Source: Octopus sinensis
Taxonomy: Eukaryota
Reading direction: 5' to 3'
Length of the DNA stretch: 64,000 nt
NCBI RefSeq assembly: GCF_006345805.1
Contig: NC_043008.1
Coordinates: 46,810,001-46,874,000, forward strand
Under the pieces are notes generated by a model. It did no database searches, was not told the origin of the DNA, and saw nothing but the letters and a program-made list of their open reading frames with translations. Positions 39,662 to 52,310 of this stretch are shown in pieces; the first letter of the stretch is position 1; the number at the start of each line of letters is the position of its first letter. The position numbers and the translations under genes were made by a program.

Positions 39662-39881
39662 AAGGCGGCGAGTTGGGAGAAACGTTAGCACGCTGGGCGA
39701 AATGCGTAGCCGTATTTCGTCTGCCGTTACGTTCTGAGTTCAAATTCCGCCGAGGTCGACTTTGCCTTTCATCCTTTCGTGGTCGATAAATTTAGTACCA
39801 GTTACGCACTGGGGCCGATGTAATCGACTTCATCCCTTTGTCTATGTTTAGCCCCCCTCCCCTGTGAGCAATAACGAAATA
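39662..39881 (+). mobile_element. SINE family A
   Basis: Head aaggcggcgagttgg, with a short deletion in the tail. Confidence 0.9.
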
Positions 39882-40810
39882 CATATATATACACGCATGG
39901 GTTATGTCCTCCTCTCCTAATTCTCCCTCCCCCCTCTCTCTCTCTATGTATCTCTCTCATACGTACTATATATGTGTGTGTGTGTGTGTGTATGTGCTTG
40001 TGTTTTCAGTTGTCTATATTTATGCTTCCGCCGATGTGTTTCTATATTGTCTGCGTGTATGTAGCATCTTCAAATCGCCGACTGTTATTTTTCCTTTGCC
40101 TTTGGATGTTGCTTCAATAATTTGTGAATATATCATATTATAATGTTCAGCACATATTGAATTGAACATCGACGTATAATTCCTTGTATCCCGAAGTTGA
40201 TATTGCTTCAAGAGAACTAATATATATGGCCGCAATCCCATGGGAGTGGGGACGTAAAAAAAATTCTTCATCACATTCCATATTTCCAGGCTCTATATAT
40301 ATGAGTGCGTGCATATATGAATGATATACTCACACACGTATATGTATGCATATATATATATATATATATATGCATACAAACATATTTACATACAAACACC
40401 CCCACCCCACCTATATATATGTGTGTCTGTGTGTGTGTGTGTATGTATAGAAATAGACATGCAATATAGCTGGGAGAATCGTGAGCCCCCCAGGCAAAAT
40501 GCTTCGCCATATTTCGTTCGATTTAGGGACGCATGGACTAGTGTTTTTGAAGACTCGTGGACTAGTTTTGAACTGACCATCGAGAGATCGTGGCTTCAAT
40601 TCGTAGGCCGGAGGGTGGCGGGGATGCGTCCTCCCGTTGCTCTGCGATCACTTTGACACCTGACACCTGGTATTCTGTTCACTTGTCGATTCGTTGGGGA
40701 GGGGGAAGCAGCTATTGTACAGCGAGAACATTTCATCATTATAAACAAGATCCTGTGTCGAGATTGTTCGGCAAACAGCTGGACCGCTTCTTCGGCGAGA
40801 GATTCCATTA

Positions 40811-40811
<1 letters not shown>

Positions 40812-40884
<73 letters not shown>

Positions 40885-40975
40885 CGTGCGTGTGTGTGTG
40901 TGTGTGTATGTGTATATGTGTGCACGTGCGCATCTTTGTGTGTGTGCGCGTGCGCATCTTTGTGTGTGTGCGCAT
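40812..40975. repeat. (TG)n microsatellite
   Basis: Direct reading of the sequence. Confidence 0.95.
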
Positions 40976-41065
40976 GTATGACAAATATTCTCTGAGACTT
41001 GAAGACTTCAAATTTACATTATCACTGTATCATGACCTGTACTCTCTCTCTCTCTCTCTCTCTCT

Positions 41066-41106
<41 letters not shown>

Positions 41107-41912
41107 TACGGGTGTGTGTGTGTGTGTATGTGCCAGTGTATATGTAACCTGCATGGAAATGAAAGCATAAAAACAATGAAAAGCATATATACATCCCGTC
41201 TCACATATCTAAATCCAGTCTTTGTATTGAGCAAATAAAACATTTTCAACGATTCTAACTGGACGCACACTCTTCTGAAGTGTGAATATTTAATGTCCGA
41301 ATATAATTTCGTGCTATTAAAGTTGGATACAAATGCTACTTAGGTCTATCTTGACATTGATGAAGAGACGGACAATCCAATATGTTGAATGCCTGATATA
41401 GGAAGGAAAATTAATTATGCGTGATCAGAAATAATTAACGCGACTTAGTTCATTCTAAATCCAGTGGACAATTATGATTATTAGTGGGAAATTTGATGAC
41501 ATGAGGATTTAGAGACAAGCAGATGTACAAATAGCGAAAACTATTTCATGCATAATGGAAATTGGATATTGAAAATGAAAACGTTTCAATATGGAATTGT
41601 TTTTGTTATCTGGTAATGAAGTGATTAACATTGAGAAGATTTTACAGATGGCCGGAACTAAATTACCCATAATAAACGTTGATTATATATATATATATAT
41701 ACACACATATATATATATATAAGTTCAGCAAAATGTAGATTCAAATGAATATAGTACTTAAGTCAGATGCACCAGAATTTTGTACACACAATTTTGTTAT
41801 CCATATAATTCCATGGGGTGATTATAATCAAAGTAAGCAACAAGAATATCTTCGGTAATTTGCTACGATCGTTTCACGCTACATCATTTTATTGAACATT
41901 GTAAGTATTACA

Positions 41913-42137
41913 TCAGTTTTAAAATGTTGAGCAATCATCAGCCATTCATAGAGGTTTCCCATCAATACATATAGTTATTTCCATGTTAACTGCTAACATT
42001 ATCAAGAGGGTAGATATACTGACAGAGAGGTCGATTTGAATGTTAAGAACAGTAAAGTGTTAGAATTCATCTTCTGACTGTAGATTTTCCTTGAACCTCT
42101 ATGAATGGCTGGTGATTGCTCAACATTTTAAAACTGA
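41913..42137. mobile_element. MITE-like element with 44-bp TIRs (one mismatch)
   Basis: tcagttttaaaatgttgagcaatcatcagccattcatagaggtt (41913-41956) versus aacctctatgaatggctggtgattgctcaacattttaaaactga (42094-42137). Confidence 0.85.
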
Positions 42138-43945
42138 AGATATTCCTGTTGCTTACTTTGACTATATACATATATAGGTAGACGAACAGGTAGGTGGACA
42201 GTTAGACAGATATGTACATAGATAGAGAGATAGAGAGATGAAAACAGTTTGATTCAGACTCCTTCGTACCCTCGGTTTCAAGCATGGAGCTATTTTTCGG
42301 CCGTGTATTTATGTGTGCGTGTGTGGGTAGGGTTGTGGGTGCGTAGGTACGTGTGTGTGCTTCTGTACATTTGTGTCTGTGTGTGTTCATAATTGGGAAT
42401 GCACACACCTCCCCGTTAACCTAAATCTATTCTCTCTTACTCTGTATTTTACCACTCCATTTCTTACGTTATATATCCAACAAACAACAGTATCCGGTCA
42501 TAAGGAAACTACAGCAGACATGAACAACATGCCTAGAGTATCTCAGTATATCTAGTGGGACATCCCCTTCTCTATGCATCTACCTGATGTTACACAAACT
42601 GCACAGATTGATGGGAGAGAATTACATGCGCACAATCTTACACACAAGGGACAGTTGAAAGGTGAGCAGAAACGATCGTCGTACTGAAGACTGGTAACAA
42701 ATCCATCTTTTTCCTTCATCTCATTCTTTCCATTAGTTTATTTACTCTTCGCCAACCGCAATCAGCGTCTAATCGCCATGAAATGTACATTTTCTACACC
42801 CAAGTAATCGCAGCTCTGGGCTGGAGCACGACAGTGGTGATAGCCCAGTATTCGAGTCGAGTGCTTCCTTGGAAATACCCTAATTTCACACCCTATCTTA
42901 CCTTATATATATATATATCTATATCTATATATATATGTTATTGTTAGCTAATGATGAGCTTGATGATCCGTCTGTAGTATAACTATGGGAAATGAGCCAT
43001 CTACCATTGCGCTAGCCAAATGGAAAACTAACATACAAGCGCCTGGTCTCTCCGATTGGATGGGGATGAAAGTGGGCTACGTTTGTGCAATGCGGCCAAT
43101 AAATTCTAAAGCACTATTGTCATATATATATGGTTCGTGGGGAAATGTTTTCTTTCGTTTCTCTTTTGTCTTCCTCATATTTAAACATAGTTTTACCTCA
43201 TATCGTCTTCTTGATTACATTTTATATATTGTTGTTTATGGTACGATTGCGATTCTTCTTGAGATCGATCGTATTGTTCGCATGCTCTATCTGAAATCCT
43301 CAGATATTTACCTGTTGATAGAAATGACAGTCGTTACCTCACCATCGAGAACTTTCCTCTCCTCTGTAATCTTTCTTAATTCGTGTGCATCTGGTTGTAA
43401 TTCCAAGGAAATAATCATATAACCACTGCAGAAACAGCATATGTTTATCCTCCTATAGGATATGGCCCTCTATTCTATTACAATTGTGCTATTTGTCGTG
43501 GATCTATTGATATTTTCTCCGCTCATTGATGCGAAGCTGCTAAGAGATTGTTGCACCCATATTGCTTTTAACCTAGCAACGAAATATTTGCATTCGCTTT
43601 TCAAACGTTATCCACTTTCACCAAGCGTAGCGTTTAATTTTCTGCGCTTCTTATACAGTTCGAGCTGATTGGGTAGATTCTACCTTACACAAGAACACAA
43701 TAAAGTTTGAGTTCTTCAAACATGTTAGCATAATCCCTCAGCATGTTCTTGCATAACGGCTTATTATTAAAACCAGAATTTCCGTGAGTTCTCATCCATT
43801 CCAGGATATATTTAAGCACAGTATTGGAGATAGAATGAATATAAGATACCAGCCATATTATTATGCCATCAACCTCAAAGAATTATTCTTTATCTTCTAT
43901 TCTCAGTTCTTTGGTTTTATTGAGTTGAGAAAATATTTTCGTTTG

Positions 43946-43982
<37 letters not shown>

Positions 43983-44504
43983 TCTCTCTCTCTCTTTCTT
44001 TCTTTCTGTCTTCTTCCCTCACCACGAACTCTTCTATCTAATTGCGTTAGATACTCTACTTTCACTTTCACTTCTAATTTTCTTATTTCTTCTGCCCTTT
44101 TTGTTCCGCTTTCTTCTTGTACATATTGTGCTTCTTTCTCCTTGATTTATTCTCCCTTTCTTGTATCATTACTTCTACAAACAAATAATAATAATGATAT
44201 TAATATCATCATCATCATCATATTTATAATCATTTCTATTATTGTCATTATTATTATTATTGTTGTTGTTTTTGTTGTTATTATTATTGTTATGTTATTA
44301 TTATTATTAGTAGTAGTATGCTCGAATCTCTTACATTCGGAATCAATATCGTTGATACCGGATCACAAGCAGCTTCCTTAGATACCGAGGGCCTTCCTTA
44401 GAATTCTTCCTATCCCCAGCGGAGAAGATAACTGCATTAATGCAACTCTCATAGTTACATCAATCTCACTAAAATAAAAAGCTACCAAAAAGCCTGGAAA
44501 ATGT

Positions 44505-44670
44505 TTGTCGCATTTCTTCCAGTTATCTACGTTCTAAGTTCAAATTCCACCCAGATCAATTTTGCATTTCATCCTCCTGGTGTCGATAAAATAAGTACCG
44601 GACGAGCAGTGGGGTTGATGCAATCGTCCAACCCTTCCCGCTGATTAACCTTGTGCAAAAACAAGAAAGA
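44505..44670 (+). mobile_element. Old SINE family A-related fragment
   Basis: acgttctaagttcaaattcc...tttcatcctcctggtgtcgataaaataagtacc...ggggttgatgcaatcg. Confidence 0.7.
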
Positions 44671-46159
44671 TTATTAACAATTGATGTGTCCATGCGACAC
44701 GTTGATGGGTTGGGTTCATGTAAGCAACAGTAACAGATTAATTAACCCCATTGTGTCTGTTAATTAGAATAAGCATGAATGCAATTTAGGATGACGCAAT
44801 CATTGGGAAAGAAAACAGATTTATTGAATTATAATATAAAACCTTTAACATTTTAGAAAATAGCAAATGGTATTTCTATTGAGAATTCCTTAGCATAAAA
44901 GTAAAGAAATATTTTGTATATGCGTATATTGTGGGGAAAAAATCAATTCTTTAAATAAATTGAAATCTTTCAAAATACTTTTTTCTTTTTGCTAGAGTGG
45001 AAAATTCCAGATTTATGGGAGATTTTGATATAAATAACTGGTTGACTCCAGTTGGAAGTTATTTCTCATTGACATTTTATTTCGCTTTCTCGTTGATGTT
45101 CTCTCTCATTTTCTACCTATCCGCTTCTCTGTATCTGCCTGTCCTATGCACCTGACTTTCTATCTGATTATTGCACTATTTTTCTACCTACCACAATATA
45201 TCCTTCATGTTAACATTTCATGGAAAGAAACAACTCAGAGCTGATGCAAGAATGTGAAGAGAGGAAGACAGGAATGTAAGGTGATGCGGGAATATATTAA
45301 AAACTGGAAAGTTGATATCTATCAAGATATATACAGGAGTGGTTTTGTGTGAGAGACAGAGAGATAGACATACATACAGACAGACATACAGCCAGAGACA
45401 GAGATATAGCGAAAGAGAGAGACTCTGAAACTTGAAGAGGAAATACTAAGAGAAGCATGAACTGATCGTGGAAGAGATAGAATAAATAATATAATTAAAA
45501 ACATTGAAATCTATAATAAAATTTATGTTACGAACGAAAATAAGGAAAATGGAATAAAGAGAAGTGATGGTAGAAAAATATCCAAAGAAAACAGAGAATA
45601 ATGGAAGGAAGTGAAATGAGGAAATGTGAACTTCAGTAAACAAATATATTAAACATTTAAATTGATATTTGTGTTGTCTAGCGATGTTTTTGAAACAAAA
45701 ACCGATTGCTGTGCAGAAAATATAGAAATGAGTGCGTAAAAAAAAAAAATGAAAAAAAAAACCTATACATTTTTACTGGTTTGTTGTTATTTTCTCGTTT
45801 AGTTTTAGTAAAATGTTCATATTTCAGTTCGGTTATTTATTTAATTTCTACATTTCAGTAGAGTTTTTTTACTGATGTTTATTTCTTTTCTTTTCTTTTC
45901 TTAGTGATTGTTTGTGCTGATGCCAGTGGCAACGATTAGGTCGCAGTCAGAAGTTATGAATACACTATCATATGAACATAGAGGAAAACAAATAGAGATA
46001 CAGTGACATACGATGTTGTTGGGGAATAGGCGAGGCTGCAAAGCAAACTTGAAAGATCTAGTCATTAGATACTACGCGTATAGGAGCACACACACACACA
46101 CACACACACACACAATTATATAAATATACAAAAACCGAAGGGTTTATATGCGTATATAT

Positions 46160-46210
46160 GAATTGAATTGAACTAGTTTCAGCTCACCAGCTGTGACCAT
46201 GCTGGGGCAT
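46160..46210 (-). mobile_element. Extremely 5'-truncated LINE 3' tail with (AATTC)n end
   Basis: The reverse complement is atgccccagcatggtcacagctggtgagctgaaactagttcaattcaatt. Confidence 0.75.
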
Positions 46211-47420
46211 GCATATATATATATATATACATATATATACAATAGAATAATAAGACAAAGTTCTTGGTACAATATTATATATATTTGAAAGAATGAGTAG
46301 AGATGGATTTTTTGAGGGGATAATTCTAATTTTAATAATGTCTACAATGTGTGTTTCGAGCTTCAAGTAGCCGCTTTCCACATACGTTCTCCAGTTTGAA
46401 AATGGCTACTTGAAGCTTGAATCCCATTTCAGAGAGTTATCCTCTGAGAGAGTTATTCCCTCAAAAAAAAAAAAATCTGCTTACTCATTCTTTCTTATAC
46501 ATATATATATATGTGTGTGCGTGTGTGTAGAATGTTTTGGAAATTCTTTGATACAGTCATGATATTTGGAGAGAAGATCTTTTCTCAAAGAGAAAAGATT
46601 GAGAAAAGAACCTTTTTAGAAAGTCAAAAGACACTAACCATTGGGAAGAGATTTCACAAAATGTGTGTAGGCTTTACTTTTATACATGTGCAAGCGCTTT
46701 CAGTTCTTAAAGTTTCTAAGCACGTGTTATTGTATAAAGTCCATGTTGCTACTCATGTAGCTCAAAATATACTACACTTCTAATAACTATATGAAGTTTG
46801 TTAGGGTCATACACTTCTTAGAAATGTAGTATATTTTGAGCTAAAATATAGACTATTTCCTCTCCTTGATCTATTAGAGAATTTAAGTAACTGATTAAAA
46901 ATTTCTATTTATTTAAGCTTCTGAGGATAGCCCTGCATTTAAAGTGATGTAATCATTGCTTTCAATTAAATAGAGTCGCTTGAAACGGTCATACTGCATT
47001 ACCTTTTGATATCTTGCTGCTTATTTTGATTATATATGTACACACACGCACACAATCATACTCACATGCAGACACACATATATAGACACAGAGAGACATA
47101 TACATACATACGCGAGCATAAAGATGACGGACAGAGAAATATGGATAGAGAGACAAGAATACAGTGTAGCTGAATACAAATAAGGTATACTTAATATTTT
47201 GATTGACAGACATATTCATATAACTACAAATACTCCGCTGCCTCATTATATTTTTGCGTGCATATGTATGTTTGTACACACAAGCACACATATGTAAAGG
47301 TATGTGTGTTTGCGCGCATGCGGGAGTGCTTACGTGCGTGTATGTGTGCGGGCGTTTGTTTAAAGTAATGCCTAATTAGATTGAAATATTTGAGTGACAC
47401 GATGCCGCGAACGTTTCCCT

Positions 47421-47645
47421 AAGGCGGCGAGCTGGCAGAAACGTTAGCACGCCGGGCGAAATGCTTAGCAGTATTTCGTCTGCCGCTACGTTCTGAGTTC
47501 AAATTCTGCCGAGGTCGACTTTGCCTTTCGGGGTCGATAAATTAAGTACCAGTTTCGCACCGGGGTCGATGTAATCGACTTAATCCCTTTGTCTGTCCTT
47601 GTTTATCCCCTCTATGTTTAACCCCATGTGGGCAGTAAAGAAATA
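47421..47645 (+). mobile_element. SINE family A, full length
   Basis: Canonical aaggcggcgagctggcagaaacgttagcacgccgggcgaaatgc head. Confidence 0.92.
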
Positions 47646-48021
47646 CATATTATGAAGGATGTTGTAGAGTGTACCGAAAGGGGAATAAACGAGTCACAAA
47701 ACAGGCAGGAACAATGGAGTCATGCATTGCCGCACTTGAATATTCTGTACAAGAAACCGAGAGTCAGTGGAAAACACTAGGAACTTTATCAACTGTTTTA
47801 ATGCGATTTAAAGCAAACATTCTGCAGATTCATACAATCGCATTACATTATTTCCACCGAATCAACCAAATACTACACCATCACTATGTTGACTTTGCAG
47901 GAGAATATATGGTCACTATGCATGGCAGCCTTTACAGCCAAGTAACTTACACCGAATGAGGAAGGAAAAATCTGGTGATTATGTGTCTTGCTGCTTTAGA
48001 TATCAACGAACTGGTTGGTGT

Positions 48022-48464
48022 GATTCATTGAAACTCCGACGTCTGGCAGCTGACTTGCCAGACACCCATAAAATTATTAACCATCTTACAAACAATAACT
48101 CTAAGCACCTTTTCAAACTGCACCCGGCTAACACCCGCGGACATATTTACAAAGTCAGAAAACAGCACAGCTCCCATGACTTTCGGAAACATTTTTTCAC
48201 GCTGAGAGTTGCTGAAGCATGGAACAAACTGCCGGCATCAATTGTTAGTTGTCACAGCACTCCATCCTTCAAAATGTCCATGCTTCCTGAGATTCGCCAA
48301 CACTGCACCTGATTTTCTCCCCTCCATACACACGCAAGCATGTATCTGACTCATACACTGTTCGCTTTCCAGACATTTGTACATTACTGCATATAATTTA
48401 TACGCACTTTTGACAAGTTGTAGTGCACCCGAGCACTGTATACAATAATTTCATTATTATCATT
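48022..48464 (+). mobile_element. 5'-truncated CR1-type LINE (ORF2 C-terminus plus 3' UTR)
   Basis: SLKLRRLAADL...NTRGHIYKVRK...RKHFFTLRVAEAWNKLP is a CR1-type C-terminus, followed by a tail ending attattatcatt. Its 3' UTR differs from that of the 57-61 kb LINE. Confidence 0.85.
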
Positions 48465-49089
48465 AAACCAAAACCTACACACACCATTTTTGTATGTTTA
48501 TATGTTTTCGAGAGATTCATAAATATGGCTATTTTAAACGGACGTTCAGCTACCACAGTCACAAAACGGGTGGTGATAATTTGAAATGTATACGACCTGA
48601 AATTTATATCTGGAGCAGACGGAATAAAATGAAGTGTTCTCTACTTCTTGGAGTTTCCGTCTTCCTATCCTCAGATAGACATGGTTCGTTTGGAAAAAAC
48701 AAGTCGCATCAAGTTATAGAATCAGTTACTCAGTATCGCCAGACGAGTAACCTACAAAATTAGCTGCTAGAACTCACTTTAACTACGACAAAGCATTAGC
48801 GTTTTATGCCGAGGCGTTGCAACACAGCGAAAAATAACAGGAAGAAGACGAACGGCACACTCTTGAAGCATGTAGAAACCAATATATGACCACAAAATAA
48901 AAAAGCCTTGGCCCTGAGAAGCTTACGCTCCATCACCAGTGGGGCATCTCTCAGGTCATACAAATGTAAAGTCAGAGGGAGACATGGAAATGTATCTGAA
49001 TGAATAAATGTTTAGAGAAAGAATCGGAGGGAAACTGATATATTGATAATTCTACAGAGACAGGCAGGCAAATGGATAGATAATATTCT

Positions 49090-49363
49090 TTTCTGCACTA
49101 GGCACAGGGCCCGTCGATTAGATCGACCTGAAACGTAACTGGTACTTAATTTATTGACCCCGAAAGTCTGAAAGGCTAACGTTTCTGTCAGTTCGCCGTC
49201 TTTTCTGTTCTAGGCACAAGGCCAGATATTTTGAGATAGGTAGCCAGTCGATTAGATCGACCCCAGTACGCAACTGGTACTTAATTTATCGACCCGTAAG
49301 GATGGAAGGTAAAGTTGACGGAATTTGAGCTCAGAACATAAAGACGAATGAAGGCAGACGAGA
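49090..49363 (-). mobile_element. Two adjacent deleted SINE family A copies (alternative-tail subfamily)
   Basis: ctaggcaca...gtcgattagatcgacc...aactggtacttaattta occurs twice. Confidence 0.8.
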
Positions 49364-49734
49364 TGGATAGATAATACTAAACCAGCTCAGCGTATATAAT
49401 TATTATGTTTGCGTGAAATATTTGGAACTATATTTTGGATCCATGTTTTTCCGAAAATAAATCAGTGGCAATAAAGAAATCAATAATATGCTACAATCAA
49501 AAAGTAATTAAGAAATTTAAACGACTCCTACATTTATTTCAAAATGTCGAATAAATCAATAATTTCAATTTATGAACGGAAACAGCCCTGAAAATTTCTT
49601 TTCGGAATGGTATCATTCATGTCGCTCATGTATTCGAAATGTTTTATATTCTTTTATTCCATTCGCTTTCATCGGCTGAAATTAGACATCACTTTCATTG
49701 CCGTACTATCAAAACGCATAACGTCCGTCATACG

Positions 49735-49814
49735 TATGTGTATATTGTATGTGTGTATATATATGCTAGGTGTATTTGTGTGATATTTATATTATGTATG
49801 TATGTGTGCGTGTG

Positions 49815-49845
<31 letters not shown>

Positions 49846-50060
49846 GTGTGTGTATGTGTGTTATATATCTGTGTATGTTATATATAGATACATATTATAT
49901 TTGTGTGCTGTGTGTATATGTGATATATGTGGGTGCGTTGTGTGTGGGTGTGTGTGTTCTGTGTGTGTGTGTTGTTTGTATGTGGTGTGTGTTTGTTTAC
50001 TATGTGTGTGTGTGTGTGTGTTGTTGTGTGTGTGTGTGTGTGTGTATATATGTGTGTGAC
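49735..50060. repeat. Degenerate TG-rich low-complexity array
   Basis: Direct reading of the sequence. Confidence 0.9.
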
Positions 50061-50483
50061 AAACAGACGCTATCTGACCAGCGGGCACGAACACATCTAC
50101 TCACACCCGCATACTAACCTCCTGATAACCCCAAAATCATTCATGCATAAAGGGGAAGTATACACCACATTGGCTACTTCCTCTGTTCTCTCAGTTCAGC
50201 CTTTCTGCTAATCCCAACAGGTCAGTAAAACATATTCTCGCCTTGTACTTAAAATATTCTGAGATGTATAAAAAAGCCATTCTAATTTTTGCTGTCAAAA
50301 GGCTGTATATATATACCGAAGATTGTATATATATACATGTAATGTGACAATTTGCGACAACCAATAATTAACGCAACCAATTCCCAATAATATATTTGTT
50401 TTATCCTTTTCTACCAAATTTTCCCAAACATTCTCATCACACTATTGAACTTCTCTGTTACCAAACACTATATCTATACATGT

Positions 50484-50706
50484 AATGTGACAATTATGTA
50501 TAAAAAAACATTTTTGAATTCATAATATCCAATGTGACAATTATGTAAAAACCTTTTTGAATGCATAATACTCAATGTGACAATTATGTAAAAACCTTTT
50601 GAATGCATAATACTCAATGTGACAATTATGTAAAAACCTTTTTGAATGCATAATACTCAATGTGACAATTATCTAAAAACTTTTTTTGAACCCATATTAT
50701 TCAATG
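50484..50706. repeat. Minisatellite, five units of 42-47 bp
   Basis: Units of aatgtgacaattatgtaaaaacctttttgaatgcataatactc start at 50484, 50531, 50574, 50616 and 50659. Confidence 0.92.
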
Positions 50707-50799
50707 TTTCCTTAAATGTACTTTTGACAATCTTTTACCAAAGAGTGAAACCGGTTAAGTAAATAAACATCGTTTAAATTGCATTTTCAAACCTTTTTT

Positions 50800-50847
<48 letters not shown>

Positions 50848-51959
50848 ATAAATATATATATTGAAGAGCAACTCCTCTACAAACACGTCAAAAACTGTTT
50901 CCTAATTTGTTTGCAAATAGTATAAAACTTTCAGTTCCCGTCACTTAAGTTTGCAATGTTTCTGCCTCAAGTTGTGTAAATTCATCGAAACAACAAAGAA
51001 GATAGCAAACTAACGTCAGCAAACCATTATTCGATGTTCTATGTTGACCCCCGAGGGCTTCCACTCACCAAGACTGATTTCTTTTTCTCCACATATTTGA
51101 TTGCCAGTTGTTACGAAATTTCGAAACATTCCTTCCGCTGTCAACAAATGAGAGGTTCACAACAAACTGAGCAACAATTATTCGACTCTTCATACTGAGA
51201 GAGAGAGAGAGAGAGAGAAAGAGAAAGAGATCCTTTATCCTGATCCCGGTCGCTATTCTTCGATATGAGGATGACACATCGGTCAAGCAAGACCGATGGC
51301 CTGTAACTTAGCAACAGCAACCATAGCAGCAGCCGCAGTGTTGACATAACAACAGCTGACAGTATTGACCTCGTTAGAGAAAGTCGATTGGCTTGCTAAT
51401 GTTTCTCTACAACGTGAGCTGCCAATGAATATTGCACACCTGGGGTTGGTGTATATGTGTGTGTGTGCGACTGTGTGTGCGTGTGTATATGTAATGTATG
51501 TATATTCATTTATGAACGTATATATGCCCTGCATTGAGGCTACTATGTCACTGTAAAACATCCGCTGGCCAGTATACATCATATGCATGCTTGAAACACA
51601 CATCTTCAAGTCAACTCCTCTTTGCTCAGTTGGCCTCATAAGCCACACAACATGGAGCCCTCAAAATCCCATTTCCGAAAGCAGCTCAAGACCACTCTCT
51701 TCCGCGAATCAATTAACCTAAATTCCTGTGTGGCAATCAGAGTGGCGGCATGTTTCAGATGGTAGCTGACATCCAGAGACGGAGATGAGATATCAAAGAC
51801 ACAAAGGGTCGACACCCACTGCCTTACCCAGATCATCCTCCCCTTCAATAAATACCCCAACCTCCTCTATACCCCACTTAGCCTGAACAGCCATTTCAGG
51901 CATTAGCACCCTTCACATCTATCCGGAGAAAGAGTTTGAGTCACTCGCTGCAAATATAA

Positions 51960-52310
<351 letters not shown>

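Noticed and set aside
42985-43422. 145-aa ORF as a host gene
   Set aside because: It has no recognisable domain and no convincing splice context, and is compatible with chance.
50484-50706. CRISPR-like regular repeat
   Set aside because: The units are contiguous with no unique spacers, there are no cas genes, and the context is eukaryotic.
51230-51900. LINE remnant (YEDDT; FRKQLKTTLF)
   Set aside because: Two short motif look-alikes without continuous supporting homology.
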